From Paraglomus brasilianum (lineage: Eukaryota): 36,262 nucleotides of DNA. The position numbers and the translations under genes are program-made. Position 1 is the first letter of the stretch. Every line of letters starts with the position of its first letter. Location: the NCBI GenBank assembly GCA_910592345.1, contig CAJVPI010000298.1:1-36262 (forward strand). The letters run 5' to 3'. Positions 23,387 through 34,786 of this stretch are shown here, piece after piece. The notes beneath the pieces are model-generated. The model ran no database searches. It saw only the letters and a program-made list of their open reading frames with translations, and was not told the origin of the DNA.

Positions 23387-26300
23387 GCAAGAGTTAGTCT
23401 GGGACTGTAATGGGTCTGTACTTAGTCTGTAATTACAAGTAGAGGACGCATATTGCGTATACATACTTTGGACTTATAATCTGCGCATTATGCAAAGTCG
23501 CACATAAAACTATATAAATAATTAATTTTACAGTTTGCAATGTCAACTTATTTTCTGTAGGTGTATATTTAATGTCGAGACAAAGATTGATTGAACGTAT
23601 AAATAAAACATTATAAGGATGGACAATTTTAGGTGTATACAGTTCTTTTATTGATAGTATTCTTGTCAACAATCTCAAGCGATTTAAATAAGCAACTAGT
23701 GTGCAAAGATTAAGTAAACCATATATGCACGAACGTTAATTTGCGATCGCCAGGAATAAATCCCATTCGTGGTGACTCAAGTATATGTTATGACGCAGAG
23801 CGGGACTTGCGACAAGGACATTTACGTTCTTTTTTAGCACTGGTAGTAAACCAGATGACGGGTAATAATAGGAAGACGCGTGTAAAACGAGATTACCAAA
23901 ATTATCTGTACAAACATCTGCGTTGAAAATATTTATTACCACGATGGTTTCGGACATCCACCGTTCACCAGAAGGGTGGGGAATGGGATAAACATAATTT
24001 AATATTAGTGTATCGCGTATTAATCCGTCACAATACACATCACAAAATAAAAGTGTGATATCAACGTTCAGTGACATATTTTAATAATGACACGAGTGAA
24101 TTAGTCTTTTCCGTTCGACTTTTTAACTTGGAACTATATTCGCTGCAACCATGAACAAAGTTACTCGACTGATACGGTACCAAGTGAGGTGAGGTAGATC
24201 GCCATACCCACAGATAGATATTATGATGTAATCAAACTCTTGTGCAAAGACCACAATGCATGATAATGTAATTATGCAGTTCAAATACGAAATAAACTTT
24301 CTGATTGTGAAGAAAAGCTGTCAGCAAGACTTTTACAATTCAGACACGTAGTTTCAAAAAACATTGCGATTCATTTGAGATCCATAGATGTAAATACACA
24401 GTAAGCAGACTTGGGAAAGCATATCAAGTAAACCTTTTGTTAGACGACATAATTTGATATTTTTAATTTCTTGTGCAAATCGGACTGTTTAAAAAAGCTC
24501 TTGGCTATAATGGAAATCAATGACGTTTTGTACAATAGCAGGACAAATGATACAACGAAACAAAATTGCAGAGAGAACTAAATCTTTATGGCATACGTAA
24601 TTAGTTTGTACAAACTCCACCAATATATTGATAAGAGAAAAATGGATTTCCCAAAGTAGAAAGTGCAGAGTAGGATGATTGATGCCAACTATTTTGATTC
24701 CCACATTTTTTGCCTTTGCGACTATTATTGTTTTTTGAATCATAACATTGGTGGAGAGTACCGTAGTAATCTATTAGGTTAATATGTGACAAGAGTCCTG
24801 TTAAGGAGTTTTGCCCCAAAATATCTTTTTTTAACACGTTTATTTCGAATTCATTCAGTGAGCCAGGTGAAACAAGTAAATTGTCAAATGATGTAACTTC
24901 CCACGGAGATCGGAAGATACGATTATAATAGCAAAGAGTTTAATCTCGTTATTTATTTTCATGGAAACCAAAATAGTATGTTGTTCATTCAATATCAATT
25001 TATATTGTCAGAGTTATTATATCGATTAAAATATCAATGGAGAATATAATATGATTACATGTTGTTGCATGAGATGCTTTATTCGGATGACAAGAACAGT
25101 TTTAACGTATCATGTATTGGGTATCGGCTATATAGTCTTATAGTCAACCGAGTTGAATATCGGGATTTTCCCACATCAAACACTGACGTTCCGCATGACC
25201 TCCACCGCCACCGAAATTGAGAGTCTCTTCAACTCGTGATCGAAAGACATGTATGAATTTAAATTTTTGGTATATCGAACAATTAGCCAACTTTTTTGTT
25301 ACATCATAGTCTGCATGGTAAAGCGTCCCAATCCTTTTCGTGCCGACCGAAAATTATCGTGTATACCCGAGAGTAAAATAATCGATTCTCCACGCCTGGA
25401 TGATGGCGTCATGCATTTGTGGGAAAGTCGGTATATAATTAAGTGAAACAGTGGGGGAATATTAACTGTGTAATGTGTAATGTGTTGAGCGAATAACATG
25501 GATGATCACATAATGCTATACGCTTTTATTAGTAATAATATTATTTAGAAGACGAATGGTATGTATCAGTGGCGTTTTGTATTGTTGGCATGGTTATATC
25601 TCTTGTGGCTTGCTCGTATCCAAATATTGCTAGTACAAATAAAATGGAATATTGATATGATTCAATTTGATTGTCATATTTGCGTCATTTACATACAGCG
25701 CTATTCAAATTTGCGCGCTGGGACGTCATCAATTGACAACGTCCTTCATTCCTATGCAATTCTGAGAAACCGGTCTTGCTATATATTTCTTAACCACAGT
25801 TGGTTTTATTAGCACTTATTCAAATAATTAACTGATTTGGCAAACAACGCAATAAAATTAGGTTACTAATTAAGCAGGCGTAATGATAGCTAAAAGAAAC
25901 TAGAATAAAAAACTGACTATGTGTGTATACATATATGTATGTATGCATTATATGCTCGACAATGTATTAAACGAGGGTTGAATGAAGATGTTCTCATATC
26001 ATACATGTCATGATGGTTTAAACAATTGGGTCCATCCGTAGCACAACAAACACATAAACATAAGCAGGGAGATCGAATTTATAGTATAGAAGACGTTGGA
26101 ATTAGTGTAAATGTTACAAAAGTTACACGAACACTGACGACAATATATGATGGTACTGTATTATATTGATATATGAACTTTATTTCATCTGGAGATTTTG
26201 ATACCTTGTATACCAAATTCTGATGGTTGCATAGCCAAATCAAGCAATAGGAAAAAAATCGTCCACATGGTCATACTCCAATATCCGACCGACTTACCCG

Positions 26301-26677
26301 AAGCCATAATATATAAACGGGGAATCGAAGGCAAAAGCAAATCAATTTAGCTCTTATCCGTTCATATCATCAATTCATTCACTCATTTATCACAACCCAC
26401 TCGCTCCTCTTTTTCCGCCCTCCCATCATACTTTCCTCATCCTCACTACCAACTTGTTTATAAATATCGTCCAGACAATAGTTAGAATTCATATTCATAA
26501 ATGAACTTTTTAAATTAAATATACTTTTAGCTGGTGCTGGGAGAGACAAAACGCCTCATTACATCAACTAAAAACTCAAGCGGAGGATTGTCAATATCAA
26601 AAAGCAGCAGTGCTCAGCATAGTGGTAGTAGAATAGCCCACACAAATTTCGAAAGAACTTTTCAAATATTATTAAAT

Positions 26678-27908
26678 ATGAGCAATCCTCCAAAAGAAGG
26701 AACAAGCGAATGGGATCAATGGTGCTCACAGGGTAAGTAACGGATAAAGGAGACCAAACAGTCATCTAGCAACAAACAAACGTGTGTCACAAACATTGCA
26801 CTCTTAAGGGAAATCGTTGTGTTGTCAATCATCTATCTAATTGCAATCTTTTATTTCTTTAGATGGAGTACTACAAAAAGCCCTATGCATAATTTGGTCT
26901 CAGACACATGTTCCAAATTCTCCCACACCGACCGTCCCTTCCCCCACACCCAAACCCAAACCAAACCCCCCAGAATCTGCACCCTCTACCACAGCAGCCC
27001 CTCCTCCTCCTCCTCCTCCTCCTCCTCCACCCGTCGTCAAATCACCCAACAGCAACGCTGACAATAATGTTACCACCCGTCCAACCTCTGCTAACCCTCT
27101 TCCGACTGGCTCGCCCTCGAAAACACAAAATCCCACGGAAGGAATATCTTCATCTTCGGTTATACCTTCTACCGTTACGTCTGCAGCCCTCGCAAGTAAT
27201 ACCGTCAGCGCGAATTTGTCTTCAAACCAGACAAGCAGTACTATTTCGGCTACCTTTGATGCAGGCAACGTTGACAGCCAGGCTGCATCGAATCCGGCCG
27301 CTAAAGCTATGAAATTTTGGATTCCTCTAAGTAAGTCCGAGTTTGTAAGAACTATAATTTGTTTACTATTATTAGAAATCATCTTGTGTTACGACGATCG
27401 TACAACATCCGAGCTTTTTTCGGTTAAAACAATCTTGCTGACAAATTTCCTTTCATCCCCTTTTTTATTCTAATATATAGTCGGGGTAATCGTTTTAGTC
27501 CTAATAGTTTTCACAATAGCTTCATGTTTGGGCTATCAGTTTGTCCGACGACGTAAGCTCAAGAGACAAATCAAACTTGCCACATTGGGATCTCTGGAAA
27601 AAGGATCGACCGACGATGAGCTGTTGAATCATTGCTCATCGGCGGGTGAAGTTGTCTCTTCTCAAACTGATTCGTCACCCAGATCCTCTTCGGACAACAT
27701 TGAGAATCCGTTAAGCGTGGATAATGTCTTTTCAGGGAAAATAACTGTTGATGCGCTGACCTCAACAATGTATTACAACGGCCAAGTCGTTCCGCCGATT
27801 GGGACGAGGATAATACCGCCTGAAGACCAGATTAGGCTTGACATTAATGAGACGCAACCGGAAGAAGTCAGATATAATTCGAGGAGTTTGGTTTTCCCCG
27901 AGACATAA
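26678..27908 (+). CDS. Pro/Ser/Thr-rich single-pass membrane protein (mucin/Mid2-like architecture); join(26678..26732,26863..27330,27481..27908), ~316 aa; start uncertain
   Basis: Two GTAAGT...TAG phase-1 introns. Poly-Pro from a (CCT)n run and an S/T-rich tract. The TM FWIPL|IGVIVLVLIVFTIASCLGYQFV is followed by RRRKLKR, then a Ser-rich cytosolic tail. Confidence 0.75.
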
Positions 27909-30388
27909 GACAATAGTTTACATTGTCAGAAGAAAAAGTATGGGTAATTGCTGTGACACATACCTTCGGGTATTGTGGGTCCTATTGGTGCTTTACTATT
28001 TTAATCTACATTTATGGTTCGATATTTTGTAATTTGTTTATACATACATTCATTTTTTTCGTTTTTTTTTTTCGGGGATCTTTTTCAAAAAATCCACCTC
28101 ATGGATTGACAAAAAATTATATAATTTTACTATCATCACATAATTAATTACAAGTGGTTTTATCCATAATTCACATTATTTATCATCATCTCTTCCATGT
28201 AGTTCTGTTCAATATAATCTCGATCCCTTCCCCTCTCTTGTAATCTATCTCTTTTTTACATATACAGTTCTTGTTTAGATTTTCATCTGTAGTATTCTTT
28301 TTCGTCCGTCCGTAATGTAACGAACTGCACATCCCAATTTGGAACATAAACGGATGTGTATGGGGTATGCATTGGGTTTAGGGTATTAGTATAGTATATT
28401 CATATTTATTCGTTGAACGGGTTTCATTGTAACATATTATTGAATATATTAGAATTGGAAACATTGTTTAACAAGCCGCTGAAATGAGTACAATAGATTG
28501 AAAACACATTAACTGCATGCAAAAGAAACTTGGGAAAGAAGGGCGAAAAAAGTCGGGCTGATTTTGATTAACCGTCATGCCAGATGTATCGATAAGCAGC
28601 ATATACCAATAATGAAAAGCAAGTAAGTATTACCTATAATCTGTCCCTGAGTAACTTTATTAAGATTAGTATTAGGGATCTGCTGCAAACATTGCCTTTG
28701 CTTGATCGACATTAAAAGTAACTCGCTCGACAAGTTTCACATGAGAAAAGCATGCGCGCGAATAATGTGTAGGTTGCAGAAATTTCTATACCTGAAAAAG
28801 AAAGTATATATTTCGGATATGTTTGTCCTATATGTACGTTACTACAACAGAGGCGAAAAAAAACCGTCCACAAAATCATATCCTCGCATTCGAGTGCAGT
28901 AGAACAGCCAATCAATCAACAAACTCGGATATGCATACAACAAATCGAAGCGATTATGCCTTAATGCCCAAAAGCATCTCTTTGCTTTGATGTTGCTATA
29001 TTAGCATGGCTCATTGTCTTCTACCTCTGTTATCCTTTATAGAACGCCGATGCATTTCCTCGTGTCCAGGACAATGAAATAGTAATGTTAATCGAAGATA
29101 ACATGTCGTACGAATTTCATTTGGCAGTTCCAAGCTAGCCGTTTAATTAAATCCGTTGCTGACGCCAACGCCGCAGCCTCTTCTTAACATAGTGCTAACA
29201 AAATGAACCCACAGTGCCAAGCGTATGCGATTGACATCTTGCATTATATTGAACAGATACTAGTTGATCGTATACATAATATGGTAGGGTTAATGAATTC
29301 ATTGGTTTATTACTAATAACCATTACCAAAAAACCCCAATAAAAGTTAATAAAAAGGTTTACACGGAAAAAAGCAAAAGCGTTCTCATATCTACACGGAG
29401 CTATCGGCATATTGTTTCTTTCCCAAAATTGTGTTAATAACGTGCGTCTGTCTTTCTTCTTGATGAATCTTATTGAATAAAACTTTTTTTCCTTAGATAG
29501 ATATTAAGATTCGTTTCACCTTTGTTTTGTATCCATATTTTTTGCCTTTAATAGAGTCTATTAAAGTCGATCTCCTATTCAGCCGGGAGCATACGTTTCG
29601 TAAATACCAAATATGACGATAGATATAACGGCAGCGTTATACGAGTAGTACAATTGCAATGCGGTCCTGTTTGTGATGTTTCAAACAAGCATAACATAAT
29701 TGTTATTGTTCAGCATAAATATCCTACTTTTATTCATACAAAGAACATGTGTAGTTACAGCTTGGCAATCAATACTTGTTTCCGGTTAAAAGGGGTATTT
29801 GTATTGATTGAATTAAGTTTTGGCTTATACAGTAGTTATGAAGAAATAATTCTCATAATAGTAATCACCCCTGTCCAAAGATAGGGGTTACTAATCTTAA
29901 ACTTGTAAATAATAAACATTGATTATCTAATATCTGTAACCGCCCTTTCTTTTTTGATCACACTCACCTCAATGATTTGGTTTGCGCATTTAATATAATT
30001 ATATTCGTGTTATTTTATAATAGCTTATTAGTAGTGTAATTGCAAAACTGTTATTACTGTTTCTAGTGGCTAGCCGGGCTAGAATTTGAACTCTTAACAG
30101 CGGGCACCCCCCTCTCACTACCTTTACCAGTTTTTTCCCTGATAAATCCCGCTAGAAACTTGTCAAGTTTGACATTTCGGACCTGTCAGCGATGCTCCGG
30201 TTTATAGGATGTATCAAAATATAGATATGACAGGCTCTATTAAATTATATTATATTAAGTAAGTATGGAGCACACGTTGTTAGTTAGCAACCCACCTTTA
30301 GCGTTTATCCAGAACCTACACGTAACTTTACCTTTAGTACAAAAACATAGAATTAACGCAAGTTGTTGGTAAAGAGAGACACCATATA

Positions 30389-30555
30389 CACAGGCAAACT
30401 CGATAAGTCGGTCATGTATGATGGACCGACTTATCGAGAGAACCGACTTATCGAGAGATTTTAAATATTAAAACTGAGAAAAGGGCTTGGGAAGTTTTGG
30501 CCTTCTTAGGCCAAAATTGAATCATCGAGAGACCGACTTATCGAGTTTGCCTGTG
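30389..30555. mobile_element. 167-bp pogo-family MITE
   Basis: Perfect 25-bp TIR CACAGGCAAACTCGATAAGTCGGTC / GACCGACTTATCGAGTTTGCCTGTG with TA on both sides. Two internal ACCGACTTATCGAGAG copies. Confidence 0.95.
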
Positions 30556-30691
30556 TATGTGCATGCTTGTAACGAGCCAATAAAAGTTTTCGAAGAAATC
30601 AGGGCCAATCACATCGAAGAAATTTGGGGGCTGTGTGAGTTGAATTTGTGTTGGTTATAATGATGAAGATCAAACCATATTCAGAATATGC

Positions 30692-31550
30692 TGTAAGACC
30701 ATAAAGTGTCGGATAAAAGTGTCTGAATTATTGACTATAATCCAAAAAATCCCTCGTTATGTTGCGGTCGGATGGTCTGGGGTTTGGGAGAGCGATTAAT
30801 CTTTTGCGTAGGGGTGTTCTTCCGAGGGATGTTACCAGATTAGCTTCGTGCTACCACCTTATTACGGTAGTTGTTCAATTTAGACTGAATTCTAATCCTA
30901 ATTTAATAATTAAAAATGCGCGCTTCCTAACTCCCTATTCGATCGTAATTCCAAATAAGAAGGGTACCCACGATGGAATAACAACAGCAAATACTCTACC
31001 GCAGAATCGAAGGGGAATAAAATTTTATTTAATAATTAAACAGGGCTATCTTCGATTTGGTGTTCCCGACGTCGGATATCCGTCACTTGTTTCTAATATA
31101 CTAATTAAACAATTATAAGCTCTCGTTCCTCAATAAATCAGCGGACAACTTATCCGTTTACAGCTTGATAGAGCCGTTTATTTGTGTGTCCGGTCAGATA
31201 ATTAACATTTCAACAATGAAAGAAAGTAAAGTTTCGATTTCAAAGGGAATCGTTTATTTGATTGTTATTCCGTGGAGTGGGAATTAATGTTCTAACAAAC
31301 TGAACAATATCTTATAACAACATGAACAATATTTACAACATATACAACATGAGAATTCGACGATGGGATAAGGGTCGCTTATATACTTTTAGCGACACTC
31401 AAAAATCAAAATAATTGAAGAACTAATCATATTCTAAGTTAGCTAATGAAAAATCGAAACATTTTCTGCGCCTGACACTCAAAATTCATCTGACACTGAA
31501 AATGCGCGGTGCCGTACTACCATTCTAAAAATCAGAGATTTTGCTTGACT
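30692..31550 (-). mobile_element. Probable LTR-retrotransposon LTR relic (truncated)
   Basis: The minus strand has AAAGTATATAAG (31378-31389), then a long noncoding structured tract ending ...GGTCTTACA (30692). GACACT motifs occur in inverted orientation near both ends. No matching second terminus or TSD was found. Confidence 0.4.
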
Positions 31551-31599
31551 GCGGAGGAAGGTGACTCGCTTATCTGATTCACCAGATCGGCTTGCCATC

Positions 31600-32576
31600 C
31601 TCTCTCCCAAGATAGTTGGTGGTGATTTTAATACAACAGTTCACCTTTGAGATCGAATCTCTTCTTCCCCTAATCATAATAACCCAACATCAGCCTCTAT
31701 TACCAAACATTATTGACTTGGTGTTTAGTGTTGGTCCTCTTAGATTCACGTTCTTTCAAAATTTACTTAATTACTTTTCAAAATCTCGAATTGATTTCTC
31801 CATCTTTTATTTCTTCCTCATAATCAATTTTTACCATACCCCTTGGATCTCTCTCAGATCATTGATATTGAGCCCTTAATTTCAAATCCTCCACTACAAT
31901 TTCTTGTCCACAATGGCATATAAACATCTCTTCTTCAAACCCATATATTAAGAACCTTATGACATTCCTCATATGCAAAGAAACCAGATCTTCTATTAAG
32001 AACCTCACAAACTGTATTTATAAGTTAATCATAATCACTACTGACACCATTCTTATTTCCCATGTAAAATACCCTTGCTAAGCTAGAACACAAAAAACTT
32101 GTCTCCCTTTATATAAGATCCAAAATTTTATGGTTTGAACAAGGTGAAAAACCACATCATTATCATATTTTTTTTCACTTGTTATAAGATAAGACAATCC
32201 AATATGAATATAAATGAACTTATATAGACTCTCCTAACACATCCAACTCTCCAATTCTTTCAAACAATATCTAATCATGCTCAATCTCATCTCTCCTTAT
32301 GGTAAAACCCTCCCCCTCTTCCTTCTCCTCTCTTCACATGTATTTCAAAACTCCTCTCTTCCTTTATTTTCTCTCTTGAATCTCCAATGATTGTTAAATT
32401 TTACTGTTATTTCTTTTTTCAAAAGTACTGTCAATTACTTTCAAAACCATATAAAATTTATTATCACTTAAATAGTGTTTGCAAACAAGAGATTTTCAAA
32501 AAAAAAAAAAAAAAGAAAATTTCTTATGTTTTACTAGTAAATTTAGAACAGTCTCGTGACTTTTGGCAGGGGAGTG
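31600..32576. mobile_element. Heavily mutated repeat segment ending in a solo Tc1-like TIR
   Basis: Pyrimidine-skewed, stop-ridden and CpG-free from 31789 to 32554. Ends CAGTCTCGTGACTTTTGGCAGGGGAGTG|TA, whose core ACTTTTGGC matches the TIR at 3221-3247. The partner TIR is not in the window. Confidence 0.55.
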
Positions 32577-32846
32577 TACTGGTAGTGTTAGCTGTCTAAA
32601 TTATTAAGAACAAGTTATGTTATAACTGACAAATGGGGGTACATAGATTTTGGGACGGACTTTACATATGACATATACACGTACAATAGTACATATTTAA
32701 AAGGCGGCTAAAAAAATTAAATGAGAGTGGATATTGCTCTGAGGCATGTGTCTAGACTAAATTTTAATTTAATTTCAAATTGCTATACCTTCTAATTTAT
32801 TGGGCAAATAGTCAAAATTATGCATTGGTCTTTTAATTCGAAAGTA

Positions 32847-33000
32847 CAGTCAACTCTGTTTATACCACGATGTATATGTTGTGTCCGAGTTTGGGACCCG
32901 TCTCAGTTCGGAACCCACCCAGTCCCGATATCTCGTACGATTTCATACCGGCGCCTCCTTCTACTCTTCCAAGTTTCACCGTCTCTCAGTAACGGAAACA
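32847..33000. mobile_element. Nested transposon termini (pogo-like CAGT end plus GTTGT-type end)
   Basis: TA|CAGTCAACTCTGTTTATACC at 32847. TATAT|GTTGTGTCCGAGTTTGGGACCC...AGTTCGGAACCC at 32878 has the same GTTGT-in-AT-run end as the reverse complement of 121-134. Confidence 0.4.
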
Positions 33001-33981
33001 CTAACGGAACGTAGCTGGGGTATTCGTCACTATCTAAAAGCAAAAAACCGAAATCCCCCCTAATGTCGATATTTAACTTGTATGGGAAACGACGACACAA
33101 CTGCCATCCCCACTTATCATAATAAACAAAACAAATATCGTAATGCCAGAACATGAGAGCCAAAGCAATTACCTCAGGTTTTTCCCAGTATTTTGCACAA
33201 ATCACAACAGCAGACTTATACCCATGCAATCTTTTACACGAAATATTATAGAGGTTGGCAACACGGGCTTTCACATAATTTAAGTCCAAATTATTCATCT
33301 CACATGTTTTCCGCACATGTTCTTGGTGCTTTTCAAAGAACCACTGTAATACAACGCCAACAGGTTCCAGTGTTTTGGAAGGTTTGTCAGTCTCTGCAAG
33401 AATCTTTTGCAAAAATCTATAGTAAATAAAAATAAAGAAGCCATTTATTGCATAATACGAATCCTTACCTTTGCCCAAATATATTCCAAAGCTGACCTAA
33501 CATCGCAAATTTTTTCAAATTGAATCACCCTTCCTTTGAGATGTTCAAGCAGCTCTAATTTTTGATTCATCAAATCTGTAAACTGCGCAACAACATGATC
33601 ATATTTCTCTAATGCTTGTACGTGTTCTTTGTTCTCCTCTTTTAATCGTCGTATAAGGTTATCCTTCTCTTCTAATCTGTGCACAAGATGTTTATATGTC
33701 TTCTCCAAGTCTTGTATACGCTTTGTCTTAGATTGCCTTATACTTGTACTCAATTCTAGCAACTCATTGTTGGTTACCAATACTTTTTCAAAATATGCCA
33801 CCTGATCTTTAAACACTTTTCCGCAATTTCTCGGTAGTTTTAATTCCATAATGCGTCTATTATCATCAATCTCGTAATTGTGTTTGTTTTTCCCCATTGG
33901 AACACGATTTGACTCCTTTCTAGGATAGCGAACAACACAATGTCGTAGCGCTCGAGGTATTAACTGGCGAAGAAAAGCCAT
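32903..33981 (-). CDS. Hypothetical coiled-coil protein with possible mitochondrial presequence; complement(join(32903..33403,33469..33981)), ~337 aa
   Basis: Two overlapping long ORFs are joined by a 65-nt GTAAGG...AAG intron, giving DVRSALEYIWAK|ILAETDKPSKTLEPV. Arg-rich, acid-free N-terminus MAFLRQLIPRALRHCVVRYPRK and a K/E-rich heptad region. The acceptor choice is inferred from frame. Confidence 0.6.
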
Positions 33982-34393
33982 CAGTCGAACCTCGTTATAC
34001 CGAAATTTCCCCTCCGTTTTTTAATTAGTAAAATCTCGTTATACCGTTACCGAAGTTCGATGCAGATTTTTACATAGGCTGCTAATCGAAGTTTTTCACG
34101 TGATAAAATGTAAAATAGTGAATGATGAGGATCATACGATTTTGGTCATACGATTTCAGTAATTATATCTGCATATTACATTATTAAGATTTTTTAATAG
34201 TATGATTTTAGCTGTCATATTGTGTGCCAATATTTTTGATCGTATGATTTCTTGTTGGTAAATCGAAGCAAAGATATTATTCACATAAGTCTCATTATAA
34301 CAAATATTGCTTGACCCTAGGCCTAACTTATACCGAAGTCTCGTTATATCGAATCATGGATGCCTCCCGACACTTCGTAGCGAGGTTCAACTG
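33982..34393. mobile_element. 412-bp pogo/Tigger-type MITE
   Basis: CAGTCGAACCTCG ... CGAGGTTCAACTG|TA (13-bp TIR, one mismatch). Repeated CTCGTTATACCG / TTATACCGAAG subterminal motifs. The left TA is incomplete. Confidence 0.8.
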
Positions 34394-34482
34394 TACTGAA
34401 AAATTTGCACTCATGTGACATTAATAGTATTTTGGCAACGATATTAATATTAATATCTATACTCGACATTCACGTGACCAAA

Positions 34483-34591
34483 AACTTTAAACTCCTAAAA
34501 CTTTCTACACCGGTACTTTTGTCGTAAGCTCCACAAGTTACCGGTCAATTTTAAAAATAACATGTGTAAAAAGTTTTAGGGTTTTAAAGTT
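34483..34591. repeat. 28-bp inverted repeat (foldback / miniature element)
   Basis: AACTTTAAACTCCTAAAACTTTCTACAC (34483-34510) and GTGTAAAAAGTTTTAGGGTTTTAAAGTT (34564-34591), 3 mismatches. Confidence 0.7.
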
Positions 34592-34786
34592 CATTACAAT
34601 GGCACCTCTATAAGTGCAGCAAGCGATTTTGAGTCCTATGTGCACGCACGTGACATTAGTTTACTTATTAATACACGTACTAGTAAAATTATGAAATACA
34701 TTGACATATCAGCTAAAATAGTAAAAATTTTTAATCACATTTTCCGAATTAAGCGAAGATGACATAAACGCCACAATAATATAATA

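Noticed and set aside
23736..24930. Minus-strand ORFs 23736-24077, 24489-24743 and 24601-24837
   Set aside because: They could be a decayed gene, but I could support no motif or coherent spliced model.
29860..29893. GC-rich hairpin as a Helitron 3' end
   Set aside because: No CTRR terminus at the expected spacing and no matching 5' TC end identified.
30065..30150. tRNA gene on the minus strand (TGGTAAAG ... GAGTTCAAATTCT B-box-like)
   Set aside because: No acceptor or anticodon stems can be formed; at most a tRNA-derived SINE relic. tRNAscan-SE or a repeat search would settle it.
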